Source: a bacterium (GTDB lineage Bacteria > Electryoneota > B3-LCP). From it: a DNA stretch of 42,524 nucleotides. Shown here piece after piece: positions 18,138 to 27,549 of the stretch (the stretch's first letter is position 1; every line of letters starts with the position of its first letter). The stretch lies in the NCBI GenBank assembly GCA_018812585.1, contig JAHJDJ010000325.1, forward strand, positions 1 to 42,524. The letters run 5' to 3'. Below the pieces are notes generated by a model that saw only the letters and a program-made list of their open reading frames with translations, made no database searches and was not told where the DNA came from. The position numbers and the translations under genes are program-made.

Positions 18138-18347
18138 CTATTTAGAAGCGTTTGGTTCGTTGAGAATCTGCAGCTTCTGGTCCGCCTCATCCAGTTTTTT
18201 CGCGCAGGCGGCAATGAGGGTCTTCCCCTCTTCAAAGAGACCGACGGCTTCATCCAGGGAAGGCGCATCGCTCTCCAGTTTTTGTACGATCTCTTCCAGC
18301 CTTAAAATTGAGGCTTCGAAGGATTCCTGCTTCTTTTTTGTGGTCAT
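18138..18347 (-). CDS. xseB: Exodeoxyribonuclease VII small subunit
   Basis: SFEASILRLEEIVQKLE...LDEAVGLFEEG; follows xseA. Confidence 0.95.
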   Translation of the reverse strand: MTTKKKQESFEASILRLEEIVQKLESDAPSLDEAVGLFEEGKTLIAACAKKLDEADQKLQILNEPNASK

Positions 18348-18356
18348 GACAACTAT

Positions 18357-19562
18357 TTACAGTAAACGCAGTTTTTTGATTTGAGCATCCGCTTTACCGT
18401 GGTGCAGGGTGATCTCTACCAGATCCTTTTCTGCAAGCTGGGCGATACCGGTGATGGCTTCAGTTCTGCCGGCGCGCCTGACAACGGCATAGCCGCGCTC
18501 TAAGATCCCCAATGGATTCAGAACGTTGTGTTTAGCGCTTAGCCGTTCAAATAGTGAGCGTCGACGTTCCGTCAAGCGGGAAATCGCCTGCTCGAGACGG
18601 CGGGCTAACTCATCGGTGCGCTGGCTCTCTTCACGCCAGATCGATCTAATGCTTTGTTTTATCACCGTGCCCGCTCGATCTTTCAGCCAGTTACGGGCCT
18701 CTGTGATACGAGTCTGAAGGGAGCGTTGCAGGCGAATTTGCGCTTCATTTAAACGCTCCCGCAGAGCTTCCCGGTCAGGCAGGCACATTTCTGCCGCGGC
18801 TGAGGGCGTCGGAGCGCGCAGGTCCGCGGCCAGATCGGACAAACTGACGTCGACTTCATGACCGACTGCACTGACGATAGGCGTCACACAGTTGGCTACT
18901 GCGCGCACCACCACCTCTTCGTTGAACGCCCAGAGGTCTTCTGCTGATCCCCCGCCTCGTCCGATGATGATCAGATCCAGTGTGCCGGTTTGATCCAGCG
19001 CCTTGACCGCGGCGGCCAATTCAGCAGCCGCCGCCGCTCCCTGCACTGCGGCCGGAGCCAGAAGAAATTCGACCCAGGGGGCGCGTTCACGGGCCACACG
19101 CAGAATATCCTGCAAGGCAGCGCCGGTAGGGCTTGTCACTAAACCAACGCGTTCAGGGAGACGCGGCAGAGGTATCTTGCGATCCAGCGAAAAGAGACCT
19201 TCTTCGTCCAGTTTTCGCTTGAGCGCTTCGAATGCCTGGGCCAGTTGTCCCACACCTGCAGGGCGAACTTCGAAGCAGTCGAACTGGTATCTCCCGCCCC
19301 GTTCGTAGACCGTTACGCGGCCGTTAATCATCACCTGATCGCCGGCTTGAGGAACGTAAACCGCCTCGGCGGCACGGCCCCGCCATAAAACGCAGGGAAG
19401 CACTGATTTCTCATCGCTTAAGGTGAAATACCAGTGCCCCGATCGGTGTTTGGTGAACTGCGATATTTCGCCGCGCACCCATAGTGGAGGCAGGCTTCCC
19501 TCCACGACGACTTTTATCCTTGATGTAACCTCTGCAACTGTCAGGGGAGTCGGATCGGTCAT
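18357..19562 (-). CDS. xseA: Exodeoxyribonuclease VII large subunit
   Basis: GEIS, SGHWYFTL, RGGGSAEDL, SAVGHEVD, APTPSAAA. Confidence 0.97.
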   Translation of the reverse strand: MTDPTPLTVAEVTSRIKVVVEGSLPPLWVRGEISQFTKHRSGHWYFTLSDEKSVLPCVLWRGRAAEAVYVPQAGDQVMINGRVTVYERGGRYQFDCFEVRPAGVGQLAQAFEALKRKLDEEGLFSLDRKIPLPRLPERVGLVTSPTGAALQDILRVARERAPWVEFLLAPAAVQGAAAAAELAAAVKALDQTGTLDLIIIGRGGGSAEDLWAFNEEVVVRAVANCVTPIVSAVGHEVDVSLSDLAADLRAPTPSAAAEMCLPDREALRERLNEAQIRLQRSLQTRITEARNWLKDRAGTVIKQSIRSIWREESQRTDELARRLEQAISRLTERRRSLFERLSAKHNVLNPLGILERGYAVVRRAGRTEAITGIAQLAEKDLVEITLHHGKADAQIKKLRLL

Positions 19563-19777
19563 TTCCGACTCAGAAATTGCAGCAGGATTGTCAGAACGAT
19601 ACTGAGCAGAACAGTTGCGCCCAGTGGGAAATAAAGCGTCACGGGTCCCTTTTGCCAGCGAAGATTACCGGGCAGCTTTTCGAGGAAGGACAGATTAGGT
19701 CCCAGGTAGAGAATTCCACCCAGGACGACTAAAATGATTCCGAAAAGAAGCAGCAGTTTTCCAAATTCCTGATGCAT
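19559..19777 (-). CDS. DUF2905 family membrane protein
   Basis: GKLLLLFG...KLPGNL...YFPLGATVLLS; internal ATG 19777 chosen as start. Confidence 0.85.
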   Translation of the reverse strand: MHQEFGKLLLLFGIILVVLGGILYLGPNLSFLEKLPGNLRWQKGPVTLYFPLGATVLLSIVLTILLQFLSRK

Positions 19778-19787
19778 GATATCTGCT

Positions 19788-20303
19788 TTAAGGAAACCGA
19801 CCCAGCCGCGGCAGTTGCACGTGCTCAGCTTTAACATCACTCCCGGATATCTCGATCCAGCCGACCGAGGCATAGGAGCTTCTCGGACTGGTTGCGCTTC
19901 CGGGATTGAACAGCAGCACGTTCCCGCGTTTCTGGCGGCACATGCGATGCGAGTGTCCGAAGATCAGCAGTTCCGGTATTGGAGCTGACCAGCTCTGGTA
20001 AACCCGTTCGGGTAAACCGCTGGCTGATCCCCACCCGTGCGTGATTCCGATGCGAATGTGCTCGCACTCAACTACGGTTCGATCCGGCAATTCATGCCGC
20101 AGCGGCATGACGTCCATGTTCCCATGCACTGCCACGATATTTCCCGCGCACATCAGTTCGGCATAGAAGCCTAAGCTGGTGTGGTCGCCAGCATGAATGA
20201 TCAGGTCAGAAGCCTGGAGATAGCCATCGAGATCTGCTAACAGATTTGAGGCATTCTCCCCGTGCGAGAAATGTGTGTCAGAAAGGACCAGGATGCGGGT
20301 CAT
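19788..20303 (-). CDS. YfcE/MJ0936-family metallophosphoesterase
   Basis: SDTH, HAGD, VHGNMD, THG, FGHSH, NPGS. Confidence 0.93.
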   Translation of the reverse strand: MTRILVLSDTHFSHGENASNLLADLDGYLQASDLIIHAGDHTSLGFYAELMCAGNIVAVHGNMDVMPLRHELPDRTVVECEHIRIGITHGWGSASGLPERVYQSWSAPIPELLIFGHSHRMCRQKRGNVLLFNPGSATSPRSSYASVGWIEISGSDVKAEHVQLPRLGRFP

Positions 20304-20324
20304 GTCCGCGAACCGGATGACGGA

Positions 20325-20417
20325 TTATTTCTTCTTCTTGTGTCTGTTCTTGCGCAATCTTTTTTTGCGCTTATGCGTAGCCATCTTGGCCCGCTTACGT
20401 TTTTTGCCGCAGGGCAA
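20325..20417 (-). CDS. 30-aa basic ribosomal protein bS22 (AURKAIP1/COX24 domain)
   Basis: TTG start with AGAGG RBS; MPCGKKRKRAKMATHKRKKRLRKNRHKKKK; too short for the ORF track. Confidence 0.9.
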   Translation of the reverse strand: MPCGKKRKRAKMATHKRKKRLRKNRHKKKK

Positions 20418-20444
20418 TGCCGTACCTCTCTACTTTTGTGCTTT

Positions 20445-20726
20445 TTATTTTTTCTTCAGTAACTCAGTTTTCCATTCAGGTGATGCTCGGAACACGGGCA
20501 CATTTTTCTTTGGAACGCTGATCGTCTGCCGGGTTCTGGGGTGCTGAGCTTTACGGGCTTCCCGTGCGACTGATTTGAACGTTCCGAAACCTCGCAGGTT
20601 CACGGTGCGGCCTTTGGAGACCTGCTCACCAATGATTGTAACGGTTTGGTCGATTGCGGCACGGGCTTCCATTTGAGTTAAGCCTGTACGACTAGCAATT
20701 TCACGAACCAGATCGCTTTTGTTCAT
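20445..20726 (-). CDS. hup: HU family DNA-binding protein
   Basis: MNKSDLVREIA...LRGFGTF...HPRT...VPVFRAS; GAGGTG RBS before ATG 20726. Confidence 0.93.
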   Translation of the reverse strand: MNKSDLVREIASRTGLTQMEARAAIDQTVTIIGEQVSKGRTVNLRGFGTFKSVAREARKAQHPRTRQTISVPKKNVPVFRASPEWKTELLKKK

Positions 20727-20805
20727 GGTCCACCTCTTGTTTTTACGATCGTTCCCCGGTTTGGGGCTGTCATTTAACAGAGCCGTCAGCAACACAACTG
20801 GAAAA

Positions 20806-21708
20806 TCAAGGGAGTAACTGCGGCATTTCGTACCTTAAGGGGCTACCCAATCCAAGCTTTAAAAAGACAATCTCTTCCAAATCACCGAACATCAGATCGA
20901 TAAACGTCATCTTCCGTTTCTTTTCAAGTACCACCGTGGTCGGTTTACCTTCGATGCCACCCATTTCGCCAGCGATACGGATAGCGTCATCCAGGCCACC
21001 TATAACATCTATCAAATTCAACTCCAGCGCCTGTCGGCCGGTAAATATGCGGCCATCGGCTACCGGCTCTAAATCTTCTGATGTAATGTCTCGTTCCTGC
21101 AGGACCGTTTCACGGAATTGCTGGAAGCCGTCATCCAGGAAATCCTGCAGATAGGCCGCCTCATCTGGCGACATGGAACGATAAGGAGATCCGGTATCTT
21201 TAAATTTCCCGCTCTTAATTACTCGGAAATCGATGCCGATTTTTTCGAGCAAATCATAATATGCCGGCAGCATCATCACGACACCGATGGATCCGGTAAT
21301 GGATCCGGCATTGGCGACGATGGTATCGGCGGCAAGCGCCACATAGTAACCACCGGAAGCTGCCACATTCCCCATAGAAGCTATGACGGGAATTCCCAGA
21401 TCATCGCGCAGGTAAGCTATCCGCTGATATACTTCCTGAGACGCGGCCAAAGCGCCGCCAGGGGTTTCCAGCCGCAAAACCAGCGCCTTGACAGCCGAAC
21501 TTTCAGCGACGCGATCTAATTGTTCTAATGTGGGACGGGAATCGTAGATGGGGCCAATCAGGTTGACGATAGCGACCTTTTCGCCGGAGGACAAACTGAT
21601 CTCGCTCAAGCCTACGGATGATGACATCATCCCAAAGACGAGATACATTAGGAGAATAAAGATCAGAATGAAGAATACCAGTACAAATAGATCGCGACGT
21701 CGACTCAA
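20806..21708 (-). CDS. sppA: Signal peptide peptidase SppA (36K type)
   Basis: ETPGG, AASGGYY, ITGSIGV, KSGKFKD, ADGRIFTG. Confidence 0.95.
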   Translation of the reverse strand: MSRRRDLFVLVFFILIFILLMYLVFGMMSSSVGLSEISLSSGEKVAIVNLIGPIYDSRPTLEQLDRVAESSAVKALVLRLETPGGALAASQEVYQRIAYLRDDLGIPVIASMGNVAASGGYYVALAADTIVANAGSITGSIGVVMMLPAYYDLLEKIGIDFRVIKSGKFKDTGSPYRSMSPDEAAYLQDFLDDGFQQFRETVLQERDITSEDLEPVADGRIFTGRQALELNLIDVIGGLDDAIRIAGEMGGIEGKPTTVVLEKKRKMTFIDLMFGDLEEIVFLKLGLGSPLRYEMPQLLP

Positions 21709-21721
21709 TCGACCTCCTTTT

Positions 21722-23635
21722 TCAGGGTTGCAACTGCAGCGACATACCGGGTTTAATGCGGCGCGCTGATTTGATGCTGTTCCAGTCCATTAAATTGCGA
21801 ATGGAGACTCCATAGAGCTGCGAGATATCCCACAGGGTGTCCCCTTTGCGGACAACGTGTACCTGTATACCATCGGTTACCGTTCCGGACGTCGGAGGTC
21901 CGACTACCGAAATATGGGTTTCATCGGCAGCTTGCTGCGGCGTTTTCGTCCAGACGATTAAGTTTTGACCGGGATAGATGAATCTTTTACCCCAGAGATG
22001 ATTCCAATTTTTGATATCTGAGATGCGCACCTTGTACCATCCAGAAATCTCAGACAACGTATCACCACGGCGCACGTGATGTATGACACGGGTACGGCCA
22101 TCTTCCGTGGTAACCGTCATGGGTTGCGGCTTTCCTACCGCGGGTTCAAAGACCGGGTCGCCTTTACCTTCGCCCACCGGAATAATTAGGTACTTACCGG
22201 CTCTAATTTTATGCGGATTGCGGAGATTATTCGTCTGAATCGACATAATCGCCCGCTGACTGACTCCATACTTGGACGCGATGGTGCTTAAGGTTTCACC
22301 GGAACGAATCTTATGACGAATCCATTCTGAACGCTGCAAGCGAGGCGCCTGGGCGATCAGCTCATCGAATTGATCGCCTTTGCCCACGGGAATCAGGACG
22401 GTAAAATTTTTAGCGTCATGCGGTGTGCAATCGCGTTTCAGAGCGGGATTTAGATCTTTGATCGTCTGCAAACTCACGCCTGCTGCTTTTGCCACATCTT
22501 TCAAGCTGACACAACCGTCAACCTGCACACGCTTATATTGAGTCGGTTCCACAAACTGGATGGGATCAAATCCGTATTTTTCGGGATTTTCGCCGATAAT
22601 AATGGCCGCCAATATGGACGGCACATAACCGCGCGTCTGGCGGGGAAGACTTTTACGGATTCCCCAGAAATCATCCTTTCCGCTGCGATTGAGAACTTTA
22701 GCCACACGCCCCTCACCGCAGTTATAGGCGGCAAAGGCCAGATACCAATCTCCGAATTGGTCGTATAGCTTGCGCAGATATTGGCAGGCGGCGCGGGTAG
22801 ATTTTTCTTTATCGCGTCGTTCATCGTACCAGTACCCGACCTGCAGGTTATAGATCTTGGCTGTCGAACTAATGAACTGCCAGGGACCGGAAGCATGAGC
22901 GCGCGAATAGGCCTTGGGGCTGAAGCCGCTCTCAATCATCGCCAGATAGACCAGTTCTTCCGGCATGCCTTCGTCTTTGAGTAGAGCCGTGTAATACGGA
23001 ATTGCTTCACCGGCGCGTTCCAGCCATTTGCTGTATACCTTGCGACCCTTGGTCTGGTAAAACTTTATGACATTTTCAACGTACGAATTATAGACGATGG
23101 GAATGTCGGGATAAAGTTGATGCGTTGAACTGGAATCGACGATTCTGGGCGTTTCGGCAACCGGCTGCATCACACCCAGCAGATCTTCCGGAGAGCCGAT
23201 CGAATCTCCGACAAACTCCGAAAGCCCTAAGTAGACGGCTGAGGGCGAACTTTCTGCCGGCAGTTGATCCAAACTTCCGAGAAAATTGGCGTAATCCTGG
23301 GCTAACTGCCAACGGAGCCAGACAAAATCTTCTTCAGCCACATCAAGGTTGTCAAAATCTAATTCTGACAGCTCGATAATGGCGCTTTCAAAGAGCTTTT
23401 GCGCGGCAAGGTCACTGCCAGCCGTAACGCTGTCCAGCGCTTCGCTGTACATCTGAATCGCTAAGTCGAAACGCGAATCTGGTGTAACAGCCTGTTGCTC
23501 TGTGGGAACTTTTATCGCATTTTTATCTTCAGAAACCGCTTGGGTTTCAGATGGTTTTTGAAATAATGAAAAATTTTCCAGCGCCGTGCAACCCGACAAG
23601 ATCACGGCAAGAAGCAGATACGGGAATATACGCAT
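21722..23635 (-). CDS. mltD: Membrane-bound lytic murein transglycosylase D-like lipoprotein (SLT plus 3 LysM)
   Basis: Lipobox LSGC, AMIES, GPWQF, AAYNCG, three LysM repeats (GETL/GDTL). Confidence 0.93.
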   Translation of the reverse strand: MRIFPYLLLAVILSGCTALENFSLFQKPSETQAVSEDKNAIKVPTEQQAVTPDSRFDLAIQMYSEALDSVTAGSDLAAQKLFESAIIELSELDFDNLDVAEEDFVWLRWQLAQDYANFLGSLDQLPAESSPSAVYLGLSEFVGDSIGSPEDLLGVMQPVAETPRIVDSSSTHQLYPDIPIVYNSYVENVIKFYQTKGRKVYSKWLERAGEAIPYYTALLKDEGMPEELVYLAMIESGFSPKAYSRAHASGPWQFISSTAKIYNLQVGYWYDERRDKEKSTRAACQYLRKLYDQFGDWYLAFAAYNCGEGRVAKVLNRSGKDDFWGIRKSLPRQTRGYVPSILAAIIIGENPEKYGFDPIQFVEPTQYKRVQVDGCVSLKDVAKAAGVSLQTIKDLNPALKRDCTPHDAKNFTVLIPVGKGDQFDELIAQAPRLQRSEWIRHKIRSGETLSTIASKYGVSQRAIMSIQTNNLRNPHKIRAGKYLIIPVGEGKGDPVFEPAVGKPQPMTVTTEDGRTRVIHHVRRGDTLSEISGWYKVRISDIKNWNHLWGKRFIYPGQNLIVWTKTPQQAADETHISVVGPPTSGTVTDGIQVHVVRKGDTLWDISQLYGVSIRNLMDWNSIKSARRIKPGMSLQLQP

Positions 23636-23873
23636 TTTCCACCGTTAGTTTTCAAGCATGAGTTGTAAAATACTAAATTAAGCATGGTTTTGCAAGATAT
23701 ATTTCTGGACTTTCCATCGTATACTCGTTAAATTCAGCATTTTCTCCATACGGATGAGGTTACATTCTGGCTGCATCGCACAGATCAGGCCTCTGTCTCA
23801 TAATAATAAAGCGTTTTTTGCCTGAAGAAAACAGAGAAGTGAGTTATTTATAGGGGGATCAGTTAATTTTCTG

Positions 23874-23902
23874 TTGCCTTTCATCCAGCTTTTTACTATA
23901 TT
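23874..23902 (+). promoter_or_regulatory. Putative SOR promoter
   Basis: TTGCCT-17 nt-TATATT. Confidence 0.6.
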
Positions 23903-23962
23903 GACAGATCGAAATATACACAATAAATCGAGATAACGAAAGCGAAATAACTGGAGACTAAC

Positions 23963-24319
23963 ATGGATTTATTTGAAAACATCAATCATCCTGCCGATGC
24001 GGCGCATAAAACTGACCTGGAAAAAAAGCATTATCCGACCGTAGAAGCGCCAGGTTCGGTGAAATCCTGGGAGCCTTTCGACGTCACAGTGACCGTAGGG
24101 AAAGAGCTGGCACACCCGAACGAAGGCGGCCATTTCATCCAGTGGGTCGAACTGTTCTACAACGACGTATTGATCTGCCGCACGGAACTGACACCGACCA
24201 TTTATGAAATGCCGGTGAGGATGCGCCTTAAAATCGGCCAGTCCTGCACGTTGAAAGCCCGCACCCGCTGCAATCTGCACGGCATCTGGGAAGGCAGCGT
24301 TGATTTGAATGTAGAGTAA
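23963..24319 (+). CDS. Superoxide reductase (neelaredoxin/class II SORL)
   Basis: EKKHYP, HPNEGGHFIQWVEL, CNLHG iron ligands. Confidence 0.92.
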   Translation: MDLFENINHPADAAHKTDLEKKHYPTVEAPGSVKSWEPFDVTVTVGKELAHPNEGGHFIQWVELFYNDVLICRTELTPTIYEMPVRMRLKIGQSCTLKARTRCNLHGIWEGSVDLNVE

Positions 24320-24335
24320 TTATCCATGCAGGGTA

Positions 24336-24360
24336 AGAGCCTCGGTTTTCCGGGGCTTTT
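24336..24360 (+). terminator. Intrinsic terminator after SOR
   Basis: AGAGCCTCGG-TTTT-CCGGGGCTTTT. Confidence 0.65.
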
Positions 24361-24366
24361 ATATAT

Positions 24367-26169
24367 TTGATTCAAACGGGAGTCCCTCTGCACCTCATCG
24401 ACTGGGCCATTGTTGTCTTTTATTTGTTGATCGCGCTGGGAATCGGATACTACTTCACCAAGCGATCAGCATCCTCCACTGAAGAATTCTTCCTCTCGGG
24501 TCGTTCCCTCCCCTGGTGGATCGCCGGAACCTCCATGGTCGCCACCACCTTCGCCGCAGATACGCCTTTGGCAATTACAGAGCTGGTGCGCTCCGAAGGG
24601 ATCTGGCGGAACTGGTACTGGTGGTGTTTAGCGATGGGAGGTTTGCTAGGGGTTTTCTTCTTTGCGCGTTTGTGGCGGCGCGCGGAAGTGTTGACGGATA
24701 ACGAGCTGATCGAACTGCGTTATTCCGGGAAATCTGCGGCAGCGCTGCGGGGTTTCAAGGCGCTATATTTTGCACTGCTTTATAATTTTATCGTGATGGG
24801 ATGGGTGATTAACGGGATGTCGGCGGTGGCGTCTGTCACCCTGGGCGTGGGCCGGGGATGGGCGGTCTGGGGATGTGCCATCATCGCGCTGTTTTATTCC
24901 ACTCTATCCGGTTTCTGGGGGGTTGTGGTTACTGACTTCTTTCAATTTATATTGGCGATGGGCGGCGCGATACTCTTAGCCTATCTGGCGGTCGATCGCT
25001 TCGGCAGTATGGCTTCGCTGCTGGAGCAAGCTAAAGCATCCGCCTCGTTTCAAGCGGATACACTGCAGTTTTTCCCTTCCTTCGATATTGGTTCCGCTGG
25101 TTTTTTATCCAGTAATCTGTTTACATTTCTGGTTTTCGTGCTGGTGATGTGGTGGGCGTCGCATAACGCCGACGGGGGGGGGTATATCATACAGCGGATG
25201 TCTTCCTGCAAGAATGAGAAGCATGCGCTCTTAGCGACGCTCTGGTTCAACCTGGCGAATTACGCCTTCCGCGTCTGGCCGTGGGTGGTCGTGGCTGTGG
25301 TTTCAATGGTGATGTTTCCTTCATTGGTGGATGATCCCCTGGGGGATAAGGCGGGTTATCCCAAGGTCATGCTGGAGGTTTGCGGCCCGGGTGTGCTGGG
25401 TCTTTTAATTGCCAGTTTTCTGGCGGCGTTCATGTCCACTATTTCAACACACTTGAACTGGGGCGCGTCTTATCTGTTGAATGACGTGTACATGCGGTTC
25501 ATCAGACCGGAAGCATCGCAGAAACATTACATCTGGGCAGCACGTTTGGCGACCATTTTAGTGATGGCGGGAGCCGCTTTAACCGCGACCTTCATGGGAT
25601 CAATTGCCCGTGCATGGGAATTCATCTGGGCGATGGGCGCGGGCATCGGGCCGGTGTTAATCATGCGCTGGTTCTGGTGGCGCATCAACGCCTTGTCGGA
25701 AATCACGGCGCTGGCGTCGTCGATTCTGGTCACCATCGGTTTTGAAGTCATCGCTTTTGTACAGGCTCTGCAGAGCGGCGCGGAGTACGCGTTGTTCAGT
25801 AAAGCTCCCGTGATAGCGGGGTTGACCTTCAACATTCAGCACAAGGCGCTGGTCATCGTCCCGGTTTCGTTGGTAAGCTGGCTGATCGTGACGTTTATCA
25901 GCCAACCGGTGGAGCGGGAACGTTTGCGGTCGTTTTATGAAAGAGTCCATCCCGGCGGCATCTGGCCTGATGAATGGAAACAGAGGTGGGGATCGCAGCG
26001 CTTGTCCGGCTATATCCTGAATTGGATTTTGGGCGTCATCTTCATTTACGGCGCGACGTTTGGAATCGGCGCGCTGATTTTCACCAGTTGGGCTACAGGA
26101 ATCTGCCTGATTTTAGCTGCGGCAATCGCGGGATACTGGGGTGTCAGGCGCGCACTTGCTACGCCATGA
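24367..26169 (+). CDS. Sodium:solute symporter family protein
   Basis: FFLSGRSLPWW, SMVATTFAADTP, QR, AAFMSTIST, many TM helices; start uncertain. Confidence 0.92.
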   Translation: MIQTGVPLHLIDWAIVVFYLLIALGIGYYFTKRSASSTEEFFLSGRSLPWWIAGTSMVATTFAADTPLAITELVRSEGIWRNWYWWCLAMGGLLGVFFFARLWRRAEVLTDNELIELRYSGKSAAALRGFKALYFALLYNFIVMGWVINGMSAVASVTLGVGRGWAVWGCAIIALFYSTLSGFWGVVVTDFFQFILAMGGAILLAYLAVDRFGSMASLLEQAKASASFQADTLQFFPSFDIGSAGFLSSNLFTFLVFVLVMWWASHNADGGGYIIQRMSSCKNEKHALLATLWFNLANYAFRVWPWVVVAVVSMVMFPSLVDDPLGDKAGYPKVMLEVCGPGVLGLLIASFLAAFMSTISTHLNWGASYLLNDVYMRFIRPEASQKHYIWAARLATILVMAGAALTATFMGSIARAWEFIWAMGAGIGPVLIMRWFWWRINALSEITALASSILVTIGFEVIAFVQALQSGAEYALFSKAPVIAGLTFNIQHKALVIVPVSLVSWLIVTFISQPVERERLRSFYERVHPGGIWPDEWKQRWGSQRLSGYILNWILGVIFIYGATFGIGALIFTSWATGICLILAAAIAGYWGVRRALATP

Positions 26170-26182
26170 CCGCACAATTGTT

Positions 26183-26211
26183 TTGACTAAGACCGTAATA
26201 ATTCGTATATT
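26183..26211 (+). promoter_or_regulatory. Promoter of the nucleoside salvage operon
   Basis: TTGACT-17 nt-TATATT. Confidence 0.7.
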
Positions 26212-26258
26212 GGCAGAAAATTCAACATCAACCTGATCGAAATCTTTCAACTTGAACC

Positions 26259-27536
26259 ATGGAACGTCTCATCAGTCTTCTGGGTATCCTGGCGCTTTTA
26301 GGAATCGCTTTTCTGATGTCCAACAACAAGCGGAAGATCAACTTTCGGACTGTTTTGGTCGGAACGGGGATTCAGTTTTCGCTGGGAGTGGTGCTACTCT
26401 GGTGGGAACCGGGCGTTAAGGCTTTCCGCTGGTTGTCAGATCAAGTCTATACCTTTCTGGCGCTTTCTCAGGTGGGCGTTGACTTTCTCTTCGGCGAGCT
26501 GGGAAAGCCTGGTAATTACGGTCTTTACGGCCCGCAGATCGCGCTGATTATCGCTTCTACGATCATCTTTTTCAGCGCTTTCATGGCGATCTTATACTAT
26601 CTGGGCGTCATGCAGTTCATCATCGAAGGAATGGCGAAATTCATGCGTTGGGCGATGCGGACGTCGGGAGCGGAATCTCTCTCCTGCTCGGCCAACATTT
26701 TCGTCGGTCAGACCGAAGCGCCCTTACTGATTCGCCCTTTCTTAAATGAGATGACCGTATCGGAGCTGCATGCTGTCATGGTGGGCGGGTTTGCAACGAT
26801 TGCCGGCGGCGTGCTGGCCAGCTATATGAGTTTAGGCGTTTCGGCCGGACACTTGATTGCGGCTTCGGTGATGTCGGCTCCGGCGGCGCTGGTGATGGCC
26901 AAGATCATCTTCCCGGAAACGGAACATTCGAAAACTGCCGGCGACGTGAAAATACCTGAGGTGAAGCTTTATGATAATGTCCTTGATGCCGCCGCGCGGG
27001 GCACGACGGATGGATTAAAGTTAGCGGCTAACGTGCTGGCTATGTTGATCAGTTTTCTGGCGTTAATCGCACTGGTGGACGTAATCCTGGGTGGATGTGA
27101 TACTCTGATCGACGGAAAGCTTATGGGAGGAACATTCATGGAGGGGAGAGGGTATGAGGGTATTTTCCCGGCCAAACTGAGTGTTCTTTTCGGAACCATC
27201 TTCGCTCCGCTGGCGTTTCTCATGGGCGTTCCCTGGGCTGATGCAAGTATAGTCGGGAATCTACTGGGCACGAAAATCGCGGCTAACGAATTTGTCGCTT
27301 ATCTGCAGTTATCGCAATTAATTTCAGACGGTCACTTGAGTGAACGCTCCATTACCATTGCAACTTATGCGTTGTGTGGATTTGCCAATTTCGGATCGAT
27401 TGGTATCCAGTTGGGGGGAATCGGATCCCTGGCGCCGGGGCGACGTCCGGAATTGTCTAAGGTTGCTCTGAAGGCGATGTTTGGGGGCGCACTGGCTTCC
27501 TGGATGACCGCTTCAATAGCAGGACTATTAATTTAG
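26259..27536 (+). CDS. nupC: Concentrative nucleoside transporter (CNT/NupC family)
   Basis: NIFVGQTEAPL, GFATIAG, NEFVAY, YALCGFAN. Confidence 0.95.
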   Translation: MERLISLLGILALLGIAFLMSNNKRKINFRTVLVGTGIQFSLGVVLLWWEPGVKAFRWLSDQVYTFLALSQVGVDFLFGELGKPGNYGLYGPQIALIIASTIIFFSAFMAILYYLGVMQFIIEGMAKFMRWAMRTSGAESLSCSANIFVGQTEAPLLIRPFLNEMTVSELHAVMVGGFATIAGGVLASYMSLGVSAGHLIAASVMSAPAALVMAKIIFPETEHSKTAGDVKIPEVKLYDNVLDAAARGTTDGLKLAANVLAMLISFLALIALVDVILGGCDTLIDGKLMGGTFMEGRGYEGIFPAKLSVLFGTIFAPLAFLMGVPWADASIVGNLLGTKIAANEFVAYLQLSQLISDGHLSERSITIATYALCGFANFGSIGIQLGGIGSLAPGRRPELSKVALKAMFGGALASWMTASIAGLLI

Positions 27537-27549
27537 AGAGATAACCAAT

